Origin: an uncultured Acidobacteriota bacterium
GTDB taxonomy: Bacteria; Acidobacteriota; Thermoanaerobaculia; Gp7-AA8
Reading direction: 5' to 3'
Assembly (NCBI GenBank): GCA_963741955.1
Contig: CAVUKB010000005.1
Coordinates: 384,001-448,000 of the forward strand
DNA length: 64,000 nt
Shown here: positions 38,121-47,980 of the stretch, in pieces
How positions within the stretch are numbered: the first letter of the stretch is position 1
Layout of the letters: every line of letters starts with the position of its first letter
Notes under the pieces: model-generated
Told to the model about the DNA's origin: nothing
Databases searched by the model: none
What the model saw: the letters and a program-made list of their open reading frames with translations, nothing else
Position numbers and translations under genes: made by a program

Positions 38121-40754
38121 CTAACCTGCCTTCAGCTGTTCTTCGAAGATCTCGCCCGGCGCGGGTCGCGCGAAAAGAAATCCCTGACCGTACTCGCACT
38201 TCATCATCTTCAGCATGGCCAGCTGTTGTTCGGTCTCGATTCCTTCGGCGATGACCTCGAGGTTCATGGCGTGTGCAAGGGCGATCACGGTCCGGACGAT
38301 CTCCGCACTCTCGGGGTTCGCGATCATGCTGCCGACGAAGGAGCGATCGATCTTCAGTCCGTCCACACGGAACCGATGCAGGTAGCTGAGCGATGAATAG
38401 CCGGTGCCGAAGTCGTCGATGGTGATCTTCAACCCGAGGTCGCGAAGACTGACCAGCACGCGCGCTGCGCCATCGGGATCGCGCATGATCGCGCTCTCGG
38501 TGATCTCGAGGTGAAGCGAGCCGGGATCGACGTCGCATTGCCCGAGCTGCTCGCCGAGCTCCGCGGCCAGGTCAGGAGCGGTGAGCTGCATCGCGGAGAG
38601 ATTGAGGCTCATGGTCAAGGGAGGATCGGGGTGGAATCGATGCTCCCATTCGTGCAGCGTGCGGCACGCTTCCCGGAAGACCCACCGGCCGATCCTGGCG
38701 ATCAGACCCGTCTCTTCGGCGAGAGGAATGAACTCGTCCGGCATCACGATGCCCCGGGTCGGATGCACCCAGCGGATCAGCGCCTCGAAACCGACGATGT
38801 GTGAGGTGGCGAGATCGACGATCGGCTGGTAGTTCAGGCGAAACTCGTCCCGGTCGACCGCCCGTCGCAGCTCCGTCTCGAGCTCGAGCAGCTGTACCGC
38901 GCTGGCGTGCATGGTCTTTTCGAAGACCACCGACCGCGCTTTGCCGAGCGACTTGGCGCGGTACATCGCGGTGTCCGCATCGCGAATGACGTCCTCGGGC
39001 TTTTCGTATTCCGGTCCTCCGGGGGCGATCCCGATACTCGCAGTGATCGAGTACTGTCGGTCTTCGTCGTGGAATGGCATCCGCAGGACTTCCTGGACTC
39101 TTTCCGCGATCTGCAGGGCTTCGGTCTGGCTGTGAAGATCTTCGAGAAGGATCGTGAATTCGTCTCCCCCGAAGCGCGCCAGCGTATCGCCTTCCCGCAC
39201 CAGCGACGCCACTCGTTGAGAGACCTGCTTGAGAAGCCGGTCGCCGGTGTCGTGTCCCAGACTGTCGTTGATCACCTTGAAGCGATCGAGATCGAGGAAC
39301 AGAACCGCAAACCCGATCTTGTGTCGTCGTGCACGAGTGATCGCCACCGCCAGGCGGTCCAGAAAGAGGGGGCGGTTCGGCAGAGTGGTCAGCGGGTCGT
39401 GATACACCTCGTGCATCAGTTGATCTTCGGCGACCTTCGCTTCGGTGATGTCGGTCTGAGAGCCGGCCATCCGGACCGGGATGCCTCTTTCGTTCAGGAC
39501 GGCGAGGCCGCGGCAGAGCATGAAGCGATAGCCGCCCTCTTTCTGCCGCAGCCGGTACTCGCTCTCGAAGTGGGGCGACTCCGACTGCAGGTGCGCCGAG
39601 ATGCGCGCCTGCACCCGCTGAACGTCTTCGGGGTGAATCCGCTCGAACCAGACCTCGGGAGTCGAGCCGAGCTCCTCGTCGGAGTAGCCGATCATCGCTT
39701 TCCATCGCGGCGAGAAGTACAACTCCCCCGTCACCAGGTTCCAGTCCCAGAGGCCGTCGTTGGCGCCGGCGGCAGCGAGAGCGTATCGCTGCTCGCTCTC
39801 CTTCAGCGCGGTCTCCGCTTCGATTCGCTGCATCACCTCGTGCTGCAGATCGCTCACCACGCGCTGGAGATCCGCGGTTCGGTCGGCGACCCTCTTTTCG
39901 AGATCGTCTTTCATCCCTTCGAGCTCGGCACGCGCACGACTGAGCTGCTCATTCAGAACGAACAGTTCTTCGTTGCCCGCCTGGAGCTCGTCGAGCTTGT
40001 CCAGAAATGCGCTCTCGATCTGCGCCCGGTTGAGAAGCGCGAGCTTCGCTCCGTCCAGAAGATGATCGGGAAGAAGCCGTATGATCGCAGGGAATCCGTC
40101 GAGATTCACGTACGAGCTCGCGAGCGCGTCGTAGCTGGCTTCGAACGTGCGGTCCGCGAGCTCTTCACCGGTCAGATGCGCGAGCCGCGTGTGCAGGGCC
40201 GCCGAGAGGTCGGCCAGAAGCATGGTCCAGCCACGGGGAGTCCCCGGAATCGCGCGGTCCGGCAGCAACTCGCACGGAACACTCACCTCCGGGATCGAGG
40301 AGACCCATTGGGAAAGTCCCTCCAGAGCGCCGCCCCTGCTGCCGAGCAGATCCGCGGCTCTCTCGAGGACATTCACGAGGAACCGACGGGCCAGATCCAG
40401 CTCCTGCGCCGGCCGATCCTGAAAGATGATCCCGAAACGAGGGATTTCCAGGAGATCGGGAAAACGTGAGGCCACGAGCTCGCGCAGCTGCGCCTGGTCG
40501 AATCGATGGGACGGATCCGCCTGCACCAGGTACTGCTCGAGAAGGAGGTAGAGCGAAGGAAGCTCTTCACGCCGCCGCGAGATGGGAAGCCGGCGGAACG
40601 CAGCCACGCGCAATCGGGCGACCTCGGCGCTTCTGGGCGAAGTCATCTGACCGACGAGAAAGTCGACCAGATCCTTCACGTCGCGGTCGTCGTCCGTCCC
40701 CGTCGTCGCCGCGACTCGCGACCGCCAGAACCGCAAACTCTGCATCAACCCCAT
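38121..40754 (-). CDS. PAS-GGDEF-EAL diguanylate cyclase/phosphodiesterase
   Basis: Coiled coil LEKRVADRTADL, PAS (DGLWDW, IHPED), DLDRFKVINDSLGH, RFGGDEF, FEALIR, DDFGTGYSSL; start uncertain. Confidence 0.93.
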   Translation of the reverse strand: MGLMQSLRFWRSRVAATTGTDDDRDVKDLVDFLVGQMTSPRSAEVARLRVAAFRRLPISRRREELPSLYLLLEQYLVQADPSHRFDQAQLRELVASRFPDLLEIPRFGIIFQDRPAQELDLARRFLVNVLERAADLLGSRGGALEGLSQWVSSIPEVSVPCELLPDRAIPGTPRGWTMLLADLSAALHTRLAHLTGEELADRTFEASYDALASSYVNLDGFPAIIRLLPDHLLDGAKLALLNRAQIESAFLDKLDELQAGNEELFVLNEQLSRARAELEGMKDDLEKRVADRTADLQRVVSDLQHEVMQRIEAETALKESEQRYALAAAGANDGLWDWNLVTGELYFSPRWKAMIGYSDEELGSTPEVWFERIHPEDVQRVQARISAHLQSESPHFESEYRLRQKEGGYRFMLCRGLAVLNERGIPVRMAGSQTDITEAKVAEDQLMHEVYHDPLTTLPNRPLFLDRLAVAITRARRHKIGFAVLFLDLDRFKVINDSLGHDTGDRLLKQVSQRVASLVREGDTLARFGGDEFTILLEDLHSQTEALQIAERVQEVLRMPFHDEDRQYSITASIGIAPGGPEYEKPEDVIRDADTAMYRAKSLGKARSVVFEKTMHASAVQLLELETELRRAVDRDEFRLNYQPIVDLATSHIVGFEALIRWVHPTRGIVMPDEFIPLAEETGLIARIGRWVFREACRTLHEWEHRFHPDPPLTMSLNLSAMQLTAPDLAAELGEQLGQCDVDPGSLHLEITESAIMRDPDGAARVLVSLRDLGLKITIDDFGTGYSSLSYLHRFRVDGLKIDRSFVGSMIANPESAEIVRTVIALAHAMNLEVIAEGIETEQQLAMLKMMKCEYGQGFLFARPAPGEIFEEQLKAG

Positions 40755-41032
40755 ACCACGTCCACCCCGATCGATCCGCGCGAGCGATTGCAGGTTCCGT
40801 CCGGACCACCCGGGAGTCGCTCGCGACGTACATCCTGCCCACAGGTTAACTCCGATACGCAGCGAAAAGGAGCGGTTTCTTCCCACGGTTCGGCGAAGCC
40901 CGACGGTCACGCCGTTCGTCGACGGCTACCATCCTCCACCGCCACCGCCGCCGGTCGAACCACCGCCTCCGCCCATGGGGGTCCCCGCTGGTGCGGGTTC
41001 TTCTCTCGTGTACCGCGGATGATAGACCAGGC

Positions 41033-41040
41033 GTATAATT
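41033..41040 (+). promoter_or_regulatory. Putative sigma70 -10 element of the protease gene
   Basis: Perfect TATAAT (41035-41040) in GC-rich DNA 43 nt before the ATG. Confidence 0.5.
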
Positions 41041-41083
41041 CCCGTTCAACAATCGTCCAAAACCTCGAATACGGGAGCTCGAT

Positions 41084-42901
41084 ATGCGTCATCACGATCG
41101 CACCAGGGGCCTCTATCTCTATCTGTTTCTCTTTCTGGCATCGTTCGTCGCGATGGCTGCCCTCGCAGCCGACCGCGCCGAGTCTCGCTTCTGGGCCGAT
41201 CCGATCGGGGATCAGCCGGTCGGGATCGCGCCTCACATGGCGTCCCGGGCCGTAGTACCGATGGCGACCGGCCTGGACAGCGCCATCGCCGGCGCCGTCG
41301 ATTCGATCCGCGCCATGCAGACGTGGAATGACGAGGGGAGACTTCCGCTCCGCAACGGCTTCTCCCGGCCGCTTCCTTCACCGGTCGAGTTCCGTCTCGG
41401 CGAAGTGGCCGCGGCGTCGACCGGGCACCAGATGGCCGGAGGTCTCGTCACCCGCGCGTCGAATGGAGATCTCATCTGGTCGACGAGCATTCACGTCGAA
41501 GATGCCTGGCGGCTCCGTCTCCACCTGAGTCACGTCGCGCTCCCACCCGGAACCGTGATGTGGGTGTACGGCAGCGGCGCTCAGGCGATCCGGTTCGACA
41601 CCGGGATCCAGCAGGGCGACACCCTCTGGACTCCGATGGTCGACGGCGACACGATCTGGTTCGAAGCCCGGCTTCCCGTGACGGCACAGAACTGCGCGTT
41701 CGACATCGATCGCGTCATGCAGCTCTTCACCGGCGACATGATCCGCTCGAACGTCCGCACCGCCGCGGGGCTGCATACAAAAGCCGAAGAATGCGTGCAG
41801 GACGCGACGTGCACCACCTCGTCCACCCTGAAAGGGATCAGCGCGTACCGCGCCGCGGTCGGCCAGATGCAGTTCACCGTGAACGGTGACGGCTACGTCT
41901 GCACCGGTGCGCTCCTCACTGATAAGGCAGGGTCACGTACGCCGTACTTCCTCACCGCGAACCACTGCATCTCCAGTGCGGCCTCCGCGTCTTCGCTCCA
42001 GGTGACCTGGGATTACAAGAGCAACACCTGCGGAGTCTGGAGCACCGCGACGGCCAATCCTTCAACGAGCGTCGGCGCTTCACTTCTGGTCACGAACCCG
42101 CGAAGCGACGTCACTCTCCTTCGTCTGAACAGCGTCCCCTCCAACCGCACGTTCCTCGGGTGGGACTCCACCCCGCTCTCGAACTCCACGAAGCTCTACC
42201 GGATCTCTCACCCGTACTCCGCGGTCTACGAAGACGTCTATCCGCAGGCCTGGTCGGAATCGAACGTCAGCACGTCGGTCCCCACCTGCCAGGGGAAATC
42301 GCGCCCTGATTATCTCTACGCAGTGAATACCAAAGGGGGGACGTTCGGCGGCAGCTCCGGCTCGCCGGTGATCGTGACCGATCAGAACGGCGATGGCCTC
42401 TACGTCGTCGGGCAGCTCAACGGCGGTTGCCCGAGCGTCACGGGACATGACCCCGGCGATGGTTGCGACTACACGAACCACGACCTCGACGGAGCGTTCT
42501 CCACCAGCTATCAGGATCTCAAGTCGTTCCTCAATTCTTCCGCTCCGGTGGTCTGCAATCCCGATTCGACCACCCTCTGCCTCAACAACGGCCGCTTCAG
42601 AGTGAGGGTGAGCTGGACGGATTTCAACAACAACACCGGAAACGGCCAGGCGATCAAGTACACGCCCGACTCCGGACTGATGTGGTTCTTCGATTCCACG
42701 AACATCGAGTTCCTGGTCAAGATCCTCAACGGCTGCGGCTTGAACAACCATTACTGGGTCTTCGCCGCCGCGACCACGAACGTCCAGTACACCATGACCG
42801 TGACCGACTCGCAGAACGGGACGACGAAGACTTACTCCAATCCTCTCGGAACGTCGGCACCGGCGATTACCGATACCGGCGCGTTCGCCACCTGTCCCTG
42901 A
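41084..42901 (+). CDS. Secreted trypsin-like protease (lysyl endopeptidase-like) with Cys-bounded C-terminal domain
   Basis: Signal peptide, propeptide, CTGALL, LTANHC, SDVTLL, GGSSGSP. Confidence 0.88.
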   Translation: MRHHDRTRGLYLYLFLFLASFVAMAALAADRAESRFWADPIGDQPVGIAPHMASRAVVPMATGLDSAIAGAVDSIRAMQTWNDEGRLPLRNGFSRPLPSPVEFRLGEVAAASTGHQMAGGLVTRASNGDLIWSTSIHVEDAWRLRLHLSHVALPPGTVMWVYGSGAQAIRFDTGIQQGDTLWTPMVDGDTIWFEARLPVTAQNCAFDIDRVMQLFTGDMIRSNVRTAAGLHTKAEECVQDATCTTSSTLKGISAYRAAVGQMQFTVNGDGYVCTGALLTDKAGSRTPYFLTANHCISSAASASSLQVTWDYKSNTCGVWSTATANPSTSVGASLLVTNPRSDVTLLRLNSVPSNRTFLGWDSTPLSNSTKLYRISHPYSAVYEDVYPQAWSESNVSTSVPTCQGKSRPDYLYAVNTKGGTFGGSSGSPVIVTDQNGDGLYVVGQLNGGCPSVTGHDPGDGCDYTNHDLDGAFSTSYQDLKSFLNSSAPVVCNPDSTTLCLNNGRFRVRVSWTDFNNNTGNGQAIKYTPDSGLMWFFDSTNIEFLVKILNGCGLNNHYWVFAAATTNVQYTMTVTDSQNGTTKTYSNPLGTSAPAITDTGAFATCP

Positions 42902-42924
42902 CCGTCGGAGCAGCGGATCGACAC

Positions 42925-42952
42925 GAGGACGGACTCCGGTCCGTCCTCTTTT
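42925..42952 (+). terminator. Rho-independent terminator
   Basis: GAGGACGGAC-TCCG-GTCCGTCCTC-TTTT. Confidence 0.88.
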
Positions 42953-43011
42953 CGTTTGCAGGCGCGCAGGCGCGGCGGTCAGCCGGCGGCGTGTGGCCCT
43001 ATGATGACTCC

Positions 43012-43578
43012 ATGCGCCGCACCTTCAGTCACGTGGTCGGGATCGACGACTTTCCTTTCGAGCGATCCCACCGGGGAGACGTGCGGATCGTGGGAACAGT
43101 CTTCGCCGGATCGCAGCTCCACGGAGTCGTCTCGTCGAGAGTGCGACGGGACGGCGCCAACGCGACCACCCGCATCGCCGCGATGGTGTACGGATCGAAG
43201 TTCCGGGAGCATCTGCAGCTGGTGATGCTGCAGGGAATCGCCGTCGCCGGATTCAACGTGGTCGATCTCGCACGACTGGAGCGCGAGACCGGACTCCCGG
43301 TGCTCGTGGTCGCCCGCCGCAATCCCGATCTCGACGCGATCCGCGACGCGCTTCTCACGCGCGTCCCCGGCGGCAAGAGGAAGTGGGCGCTGATCCAGGC
43401 CGCCGGTCCGATGCGACGCGCCGGCGAGGTATGGGTTCAGAGTGCGGGGCTGTCAGCGGAGGAGACTTCCACGATCCTCGAGCGCTTCGCGATCAACGGC
43501 GTGATCCCCGAGCCCCTCCGCGTCGCGCATCTGATCGCCGGCGGCATCGCGACGGGAGAGAGCACCGGCCGTGTGTAG
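43012..43578 (+). CDS. DUF99 family protein (endonuclease V-like fold)
   Basis: VVGIDD, DGANAT, GIAVAGFNVVD, PEPLRVAHLIA. Confidence 0.88.
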   Translation: MRRTFSHVVGIDDFPFERSHRGDVRIVGTVFAGSQLHGVVSSRVRRDGANATTRIAAMVYGSKFREHLQLVMLQGIAVAGFNVVDLARLERETGLPVLVVARRNPDLDAIRDALLTRVPGGKRKWALIQAAGPMRRAGEVWVQSAGLSAEETSTILERFAINGVIPEPLRVAHLIAGGIATGESTGRV

Positions 43579-43614
43579 TGGGCGTGCCCGGTGAGGGTCG
43601 TTCCTCCCGCCGTC

Positions 43615-44187
43615 CTACGCCCGCAGCGCAGCCATCCGTTTCTTCGACTCTTCCAGCACGCTCTGGTGAAGGCTGTTCCCGTGCGAATCCATGGTCACGA
43701 TGGCCATGAAGTCCTCCACCCAGAGGTGCCAGATGGCTTCGGGACTCCCCAGGTCCATCCAGTCGACGCCGTCGACTCGCTTGATCGCCGAGGCACAGAC
43801 CTGCGCCGCGCCGCCGATGGCGTGGAGGTAGACCGCGCCGTACTCTTTGCAGCCGGCCAGAGTCTTGGGCCCCATGCCGCCTTTTCCGATCACCCCTCGG
43901 ATTCCGTAGTCGCGCATCACTTCCCACTGGTACGGCTCTTCGCGCGAGCTGGTGGTCGGGCCGGCAGCCTTGCAGACCCACTTGTCGCCTTCCTTCACCA
44001 TCACCGGACCGCAGTGGTAGATGATCTGTCCCGCGAGGTCGACTGGAGGCTTGACCCCCTGATGAATGCGATGATGGACGGCGTCCCGTCCCGTGTAGAG
44101 GCGTCCGCTGATGGAGACGTTGTCGCCGACCTTCAGTCCGCGAATCGTCTCTTCGTCGATCGGTGTGGTCAATTTGATCGTAGCCAT
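43615..44187 (-). CDS. Class I fumarate/tartrate hydratase beta subunit
   Basis: TGRDAVH, YHCGP, AGPTTSSRE, IGKGGM, GGAA, DSHGNSLH. Confidence 0.92.
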   Translation of the reverse strand: MATIKLTTPIDEETIRGLKVGDNVSISGRLYTGRDAVHHRIHQGVKPPVDLAGQIIYHCGPVMVKEGDKWVCKAAGPTTSSREEPYQWEVMRDYGIRGVIGKGGMGPKTLAGCKEYGAVYLHAIGGAAQVCASAIKRVDGVDWMDLGSPEAIWHLWVEDFMAIVTMDSHGNSLHQSVLEESKKRMAALRA

Positions 44188-44213
44188 GATCTCTTCTTCC
44201 CGTTCTCGTGCAC

Positions 44214-45149
44214 TCAGTAGAGCCACTTCTGGACGTCGGCGGTGGTCATCGAAAGCTCGCAGCCGCGGCGGCGGAACGCCCAGCACATGTAGGCGATGCT
44301 GACGAAGTAGCTGGCCGGCAACCGGTTGCGTTTCCCGATCTTGCAGCCGAGGAGCGTGGTATTCCCGCCGAAGCCCATCGGACCGATGCCGAGCTGGTTG
44401 GCTTTTTCCACCACCCGCTTTTCGAGATCGGACAGCACCGGGTCCGGATTCGAGTCGTCGAGCGTCCGCAGGAGCTGTTCCTTCGCGAACGCGTATCCCG
44501 TCCCACGGTCGCCGCCGATGCAGACGCCGAGGATTCCCGGTCCGCATCCCTGTCCCTGGGCCTGGATGACCGAGTCGAGGATCGCGTTCTCCACCCCTTC
44601 GAGCGTGCGGCCGCCGAGCTCCGGGTGCGGGAGGCTGTACTGCGCGTTCATGTTCTCGCAGCCGCCACCTTTGAGCATCACCTTCACTTCGACGTGGTCC
44701 TTCCGCCACTGGTGGAAGTGGAAGACCGGCGAACCGGGGCCGGTATTGTCACCGCTGTTCTTTCCGGTCACGCTGTCGACGCTGTTCTGCCGGAGATAAC
44801 CGACTCTCGTCGCCTCGCGCACCGCTTCCGTTGCCACCTCTTCGAACGTCAGCTGGTCGTAGCCGACCGGCACGTGGACGTAGAAAAGAATGGTTCCGGT
44901 GTCCTGACAGATCGGAAGCGAGTGCTCGACCGCCAGGCCGATGTTGCAGCCGATCACGTCGAGCGCGACGTCGGCGTTGGATCCCGGGGCTTCGGCTTTC
45001 CGGGCATCCCGGACCGACCGGGCGACGTCGTCCGGAAGGACGGTGCTGGTGCGGCGGATCAGCTCGAGGAGGTTGGTGAAAAGAGTCTGCTCCAGGGCCG
45101 ACTTGAACGAGGACCCCGGACGGGATGTTTCGGGTGCAGTTGCTGTCAT
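44214..45149 (-). CDS. Class I fumarate/tartrate hydratase alpha subunit
   Basis: PICQDTG, KGGGCEN, GCGPG, GIGPMGFGG, MCWAFRR. Confidence 0.92.
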   Translation of the reverse strand: MTATAPETSRPGSSFKSALEQTLFTNLLELIRRTSTVLPDDVARSVRDARKAEAPGSNADVALDVIGCNIGLAVEHSLPICQDTGTILFYVHVPVGYDQLTFEEVATEAVREATRVGYLRQNSVDSVTGKNSGDNTGPGSPVFHFHQWRKDHVEVKVMLKGGGCENMNAQYSLPHPELGGRTLEGVENAILDSVIQAQGQGCGPGILGVCIGGDRGTGYAFAKEQLLRTLDDSNPDPVLSDLEKRVVEKANQLGIGPMGFGGNTTLLGCKIGKRNRLPASYFVSIAYMCWAFRRRGCELSMTTADVQKWLY

Positions 45150-45212
45150 TTCCGTAGTCTCCGGCGGGAAGTCTATAGCCCGTATGCACGGCCGGCAAGG
45201 ACGCACGTCACA

Positions 45213-45247
45213 GGCTCGGGGCTCGGGGCTCGGGGCTCGGGGCTCGA
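45213..45247. repeat. (GGCTCGG)n heptamer, about 5 copies
   Basis: Tandem run in the divergent promoter region between the fumarase and GT-C-like genes. Confidence 0.85.
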
Positions 45248-45309
45248 GCATCTGTGATCGCGGGTTCACAATTGCGTGCGGTCCGCCTCCGGTTAGAATC
45301 CGGAGCACC

Positions 45310-46617
45310 GTGACTTCCATTCCGCGGAATCCGCGTTCCCTCACCTGGCCGTGGATCCTCGCCGCGTTTCTCCTCCACGTTCTCCCGTTCGCCATGCGCC
45401 CTGCGCTTCTCGGCGGAGACGAGCCGCACTACGCTCTGATGGCGCATTCGATCGCCGTCGATCACGATCTCGATCTGCGGAACGATTACGCGGCCGTCGA
45501 CGCAGGGTCGAATGCAGCGGGACGGAAATTCGCCGGACGGACGCTCGACCCGCACCTGCGCCACTATGGCGACCGGATCGTCTTCTCCCACCCCCTCGGA
45601 CTCCCCGCACTCGTCTCTCCGGCGGTCTGGCTTCTCGACCGACTTGCACCCGGCGCGGCTCCCGATCTCCTCCTGGGCGGAATCACCCTCGCCCTCACCT
45701 TCGCCGCATTCCTCGGCGGGTGGTGGCTTCTTCTTCAGGTTCTCGACGATCGGCGCGCAGCGACCCTGGTCGCGTTCGCCATCTACTTCTCGACCCCGCT
45801 CTGGTTCTACAGCCGCACGTTCTTCACCGAGCCGTACACCTGGGCCTTCGCGGTCCTCGCCGTCGTGGCGCTCGCACGCGATCGCTGGATCACTGCTTCA
45901 ATTCTTCTTGCGCTCGTCTTTCTGGTGAAAGAGACGGGAATCCTCATCGTTCTCCCGATCCTCGTCTTCACTGCGTACCATCGGGGAGTGCGGCGCGCGG
46001 CAGAGCTCTCGATCGGACCGGCCGTCGCCGTTGCGATCTTCGCCACCAAAAACCTCCTCGTCTACGGATCTCCCCTCGTCACGTTTCAACCGTTCGAGCC
46101 CGGCAACCCTCTGCGAGGCCTTCTCGGCGAGACGTTCGACCTGCGTCATGGAATTCTCCCTTTCGCGCCGCTTCTGCTCATCGCAGCGGCCGGCTGGTTC
46201 ATGAACGGTCGCCGCGAGGAGATCTCCCGCTATCTACCGTTCGCGGCGTCAGTCGCTCTCTCGTACTTCGTGCTGATCTCGATCTGGACCGACTGGGGTG
46301 GTGGGTCGTGCTACGGACCCCGTCTCTTCGTTCCGGCGATACCCGCGTTCTCGATCTCGCTCGCGTGCGTCGAGCGTCCGGGACGGCGGCGTACGGTCGC
46401 GCGACTCCTCCTCGACGCGGCGATCGTCGCCGGCTTCGCAATCCAGTGCGCCGCCGCGACGAATCCCTTTGCCGCGTTCTGGTCGGCTTCAGTGATCGAG
46501 ATCGTGTACGGAAACCCGGCCGGGGCGATCGCGGGAGCCGTCGTTGCAGCGGCCGGACTCCACTTGCTCGAGCGGCGGGAGCCGGCACCGCCCCGGATCG
46601 TTCCGGAGAGCGACTGA
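45310..46617 (+). CDS. Multi-pass membrane protein, putative GT-C fold glycosyltransferase
   Basis: GDEPHY after first TM, FTEP, VKE, WGGGSCYGPRL; many TM segments; TAGAAT upstream. Confidence 0.65.
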   Translation: MTSIPRNPRSLTWPWILAAFLLHVLPFAMRPALLGGDEPHYALMAHSIAVDHDLDLRNDYAAVDAGSNAAGRKFAGRTLDPHLRHYGDRIVFSHPLGLPALVSPAVWLLDRLAPGAAPDLLLGGITLALTFAAFLGGWWLLLQVLDDRRAATLVAFAIYFSTPLWFYSRTFFTEPYTWAFAVLAVVALARDRWITASILLALVFLVKETGILIVLPILVFTAYHRGVRRAAELSIGPAVAVAIFATKNLLVYGSPLVTFQPFEPGNPLRGLLGETFDLRHGILPFAPLLLIAAAGWFMNGRREEISRYLPFAASVALSYFVLISIWTDWGGGSCYGPRLFVPAIPAFSISLACVERPGRRRTVARLLLDAAIVAGFAIQCAAATNPFAAFWSASVIEIVYGNPAGAIAGAVVAAAGLHLLERREPAPPRIVPESD

Positions 46618-46750
46618 CGCCCGCTTCGCTGTTCGCGAAAGAGGCTCCACCGGTTCTCCCCGACCTCGGCTCCGATCCGTCTCTCCGCGTTTCAATCCGC
46701 ACCGCCGGCACCCGGCGCTTCTGGCCCGAACCTTGCCCTTCCGCACCCCG

Positions 46751-47191
46751 ATGACTGGCTCGCTGTTCTGGTTCGCAAGCCTCGGCGCGGCGTACCTCCT
46801 CTTCTCCGGTCACGCCACCGTCGCGCAGGGAATCGCCGCCGCGATTGTCGGGGCTGCGGGTTCCGCTGTGGCCGCATGGCTCCGTCGTACTGGCGGACTC
46901 GAGTTCGCGGCGCCCGGCGGAGCGACCCTTGCGCGACTGGCCGCGATCCCCGCGAAGATTCCGTTGCAGGCCGCCCGGCTGGCGGGACTTCTCCTGCATC
47001 GGATGCTGATCCGCAAACAACTGCAGGGAGCACACGATCGCGTGCCCCTTCACAGCCAGGGCGACGCCGGACAGCGTGCGACGGAACGGGCGGTGATGAT
47101 GCTCGAGCTTTCCGCCACTCCCGAGACGTTCGTCGTCGGAACGGAACGGGATGCGTTGCTCATTCACCGTCTCGACGGAGGCTCATCGTGA
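46751..47191 (+). CDS. Mrp/Mnh subunit E-like
   Basis: N-terminal TM hairpin, C-terminal SATPETFVV...LLIHRL; operon position. Confidence 0.7.
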   Translation: MTGSLFWFASLGAAYLLFSGHATVAQGIAAAIVGAAGSAVAAWLRRTGGLEFAAPGGATLARLAAIPAKIPLQAARLAGLLLHRMLIRKQLQGAHDRVPLHSQGDAGQRATERAVMMLELSATPETFVVGTERDALLIHRLDGGSS

Positions 47192-47451
47192 CCGGCTCTT
47201 CACTCTGGCTGATTCCCGCGAGCCTTCTCCTCCTCGCCTATCTCCCTGCACTCCGCGCAGTGACGAAAGGCGACACGAACATGCGTATCGTCGGACTCCT
47301 CTTCGCCACCGGCGTCACCACCACCGAGCTCTTTCTCCTGGTCGGCGCGCTCGGCCGCCTCACGTTCTCGGACATGATGATCGCTGCGGCACTGACCAGC
47401 TTCGCCGGCTCGATCTTCCTCATCCGGATGTACGCGAGGTGGATGTCGTGA
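47188..47451 (+). CDS. Mrp/Mnh subunit F-like
   Basis: 87 aa, 3 TM, KGDTNMRIVGL, SFAGS; GTGA overlap. Confidence 0.75.
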   Translation: MTGSSLWLIPASLLLLAYLPALRAVTKGDTNMRIVGLLFATGVTTTELFLLVGALGRLTFSDMMIAAALTSFAGSIFLIRMYARWMS

Positions 47452-47738
47452 CGTCCACGATCATCACCGCCGTCCTCCTCGCGACGGCCGTCCTCCTGGA
47501 ACTGGTCGGCGCCATCGGCCTTCTCTGGCTCCGCACCACCAAGGCAAAGCTCCACTACGCGAGCGGAACGACGTCGGCCGGAGTGATCCTCGTGGCGATC
47601 GCCCTCCTCGTCGCCAACGGTCTCTCCCCCGGCGGAGGAAAGGCGCTCCTGGCGGCGGTTCTCGTCGGGATTCTCGGTGGCGCAGTCACTCACACCATCG
47701 GTGCGGAAATCCATCGTGCCGGGAAGGAGCGCCGGTGA
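47448..47738 (+). CDS. Mrp/Mnh subunit G-like
   Basis: GAIGLL...KLHYAS, THTIG; GTGA overlap. Confidence 0.78.
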   Translation: MTSTIITAVLLATAVLLELVGAIGLLWLRTTKAKLHYASGTTSAGVILVAIALLVANGLSPGGGKALLAAVLVGILGGAVTHTIGAEIHRAGKERR

Positions 47739-47980
47739 TCTCCATCTTTCACGCGACCATCCTCGTTCTGATCGCCATCACCGGAACTGCGACGGTGCTG
47801 GAGCATGATCCGAAGAAGCAGGTCCTGATCGCCAGCATCTTCGGACTGCAGCTCACGCTCTACTTCTTTTCCGTCAGCGCACCCGACGTCGCGCTCTCCG
47901 AGCTGGTGGTGGGGATGATCGCCCTCCCCGCCGTGACGCTGATCGCGATCGCGCGAATCGAAAGGGACCGGCAGAAGTGA
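47735..47980 (+). CDS. DUF4040 / MbhD-like subunit
   Basis: APDVALSELVVG motif. Confidence 0.88.
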   Translation: MISIFHATILVLIAITGTATVLEHDPKKQVLIASIFGLQLTLYFFSVSAPDVALSELVVGMIALPAVTLIAIARIERDRQK

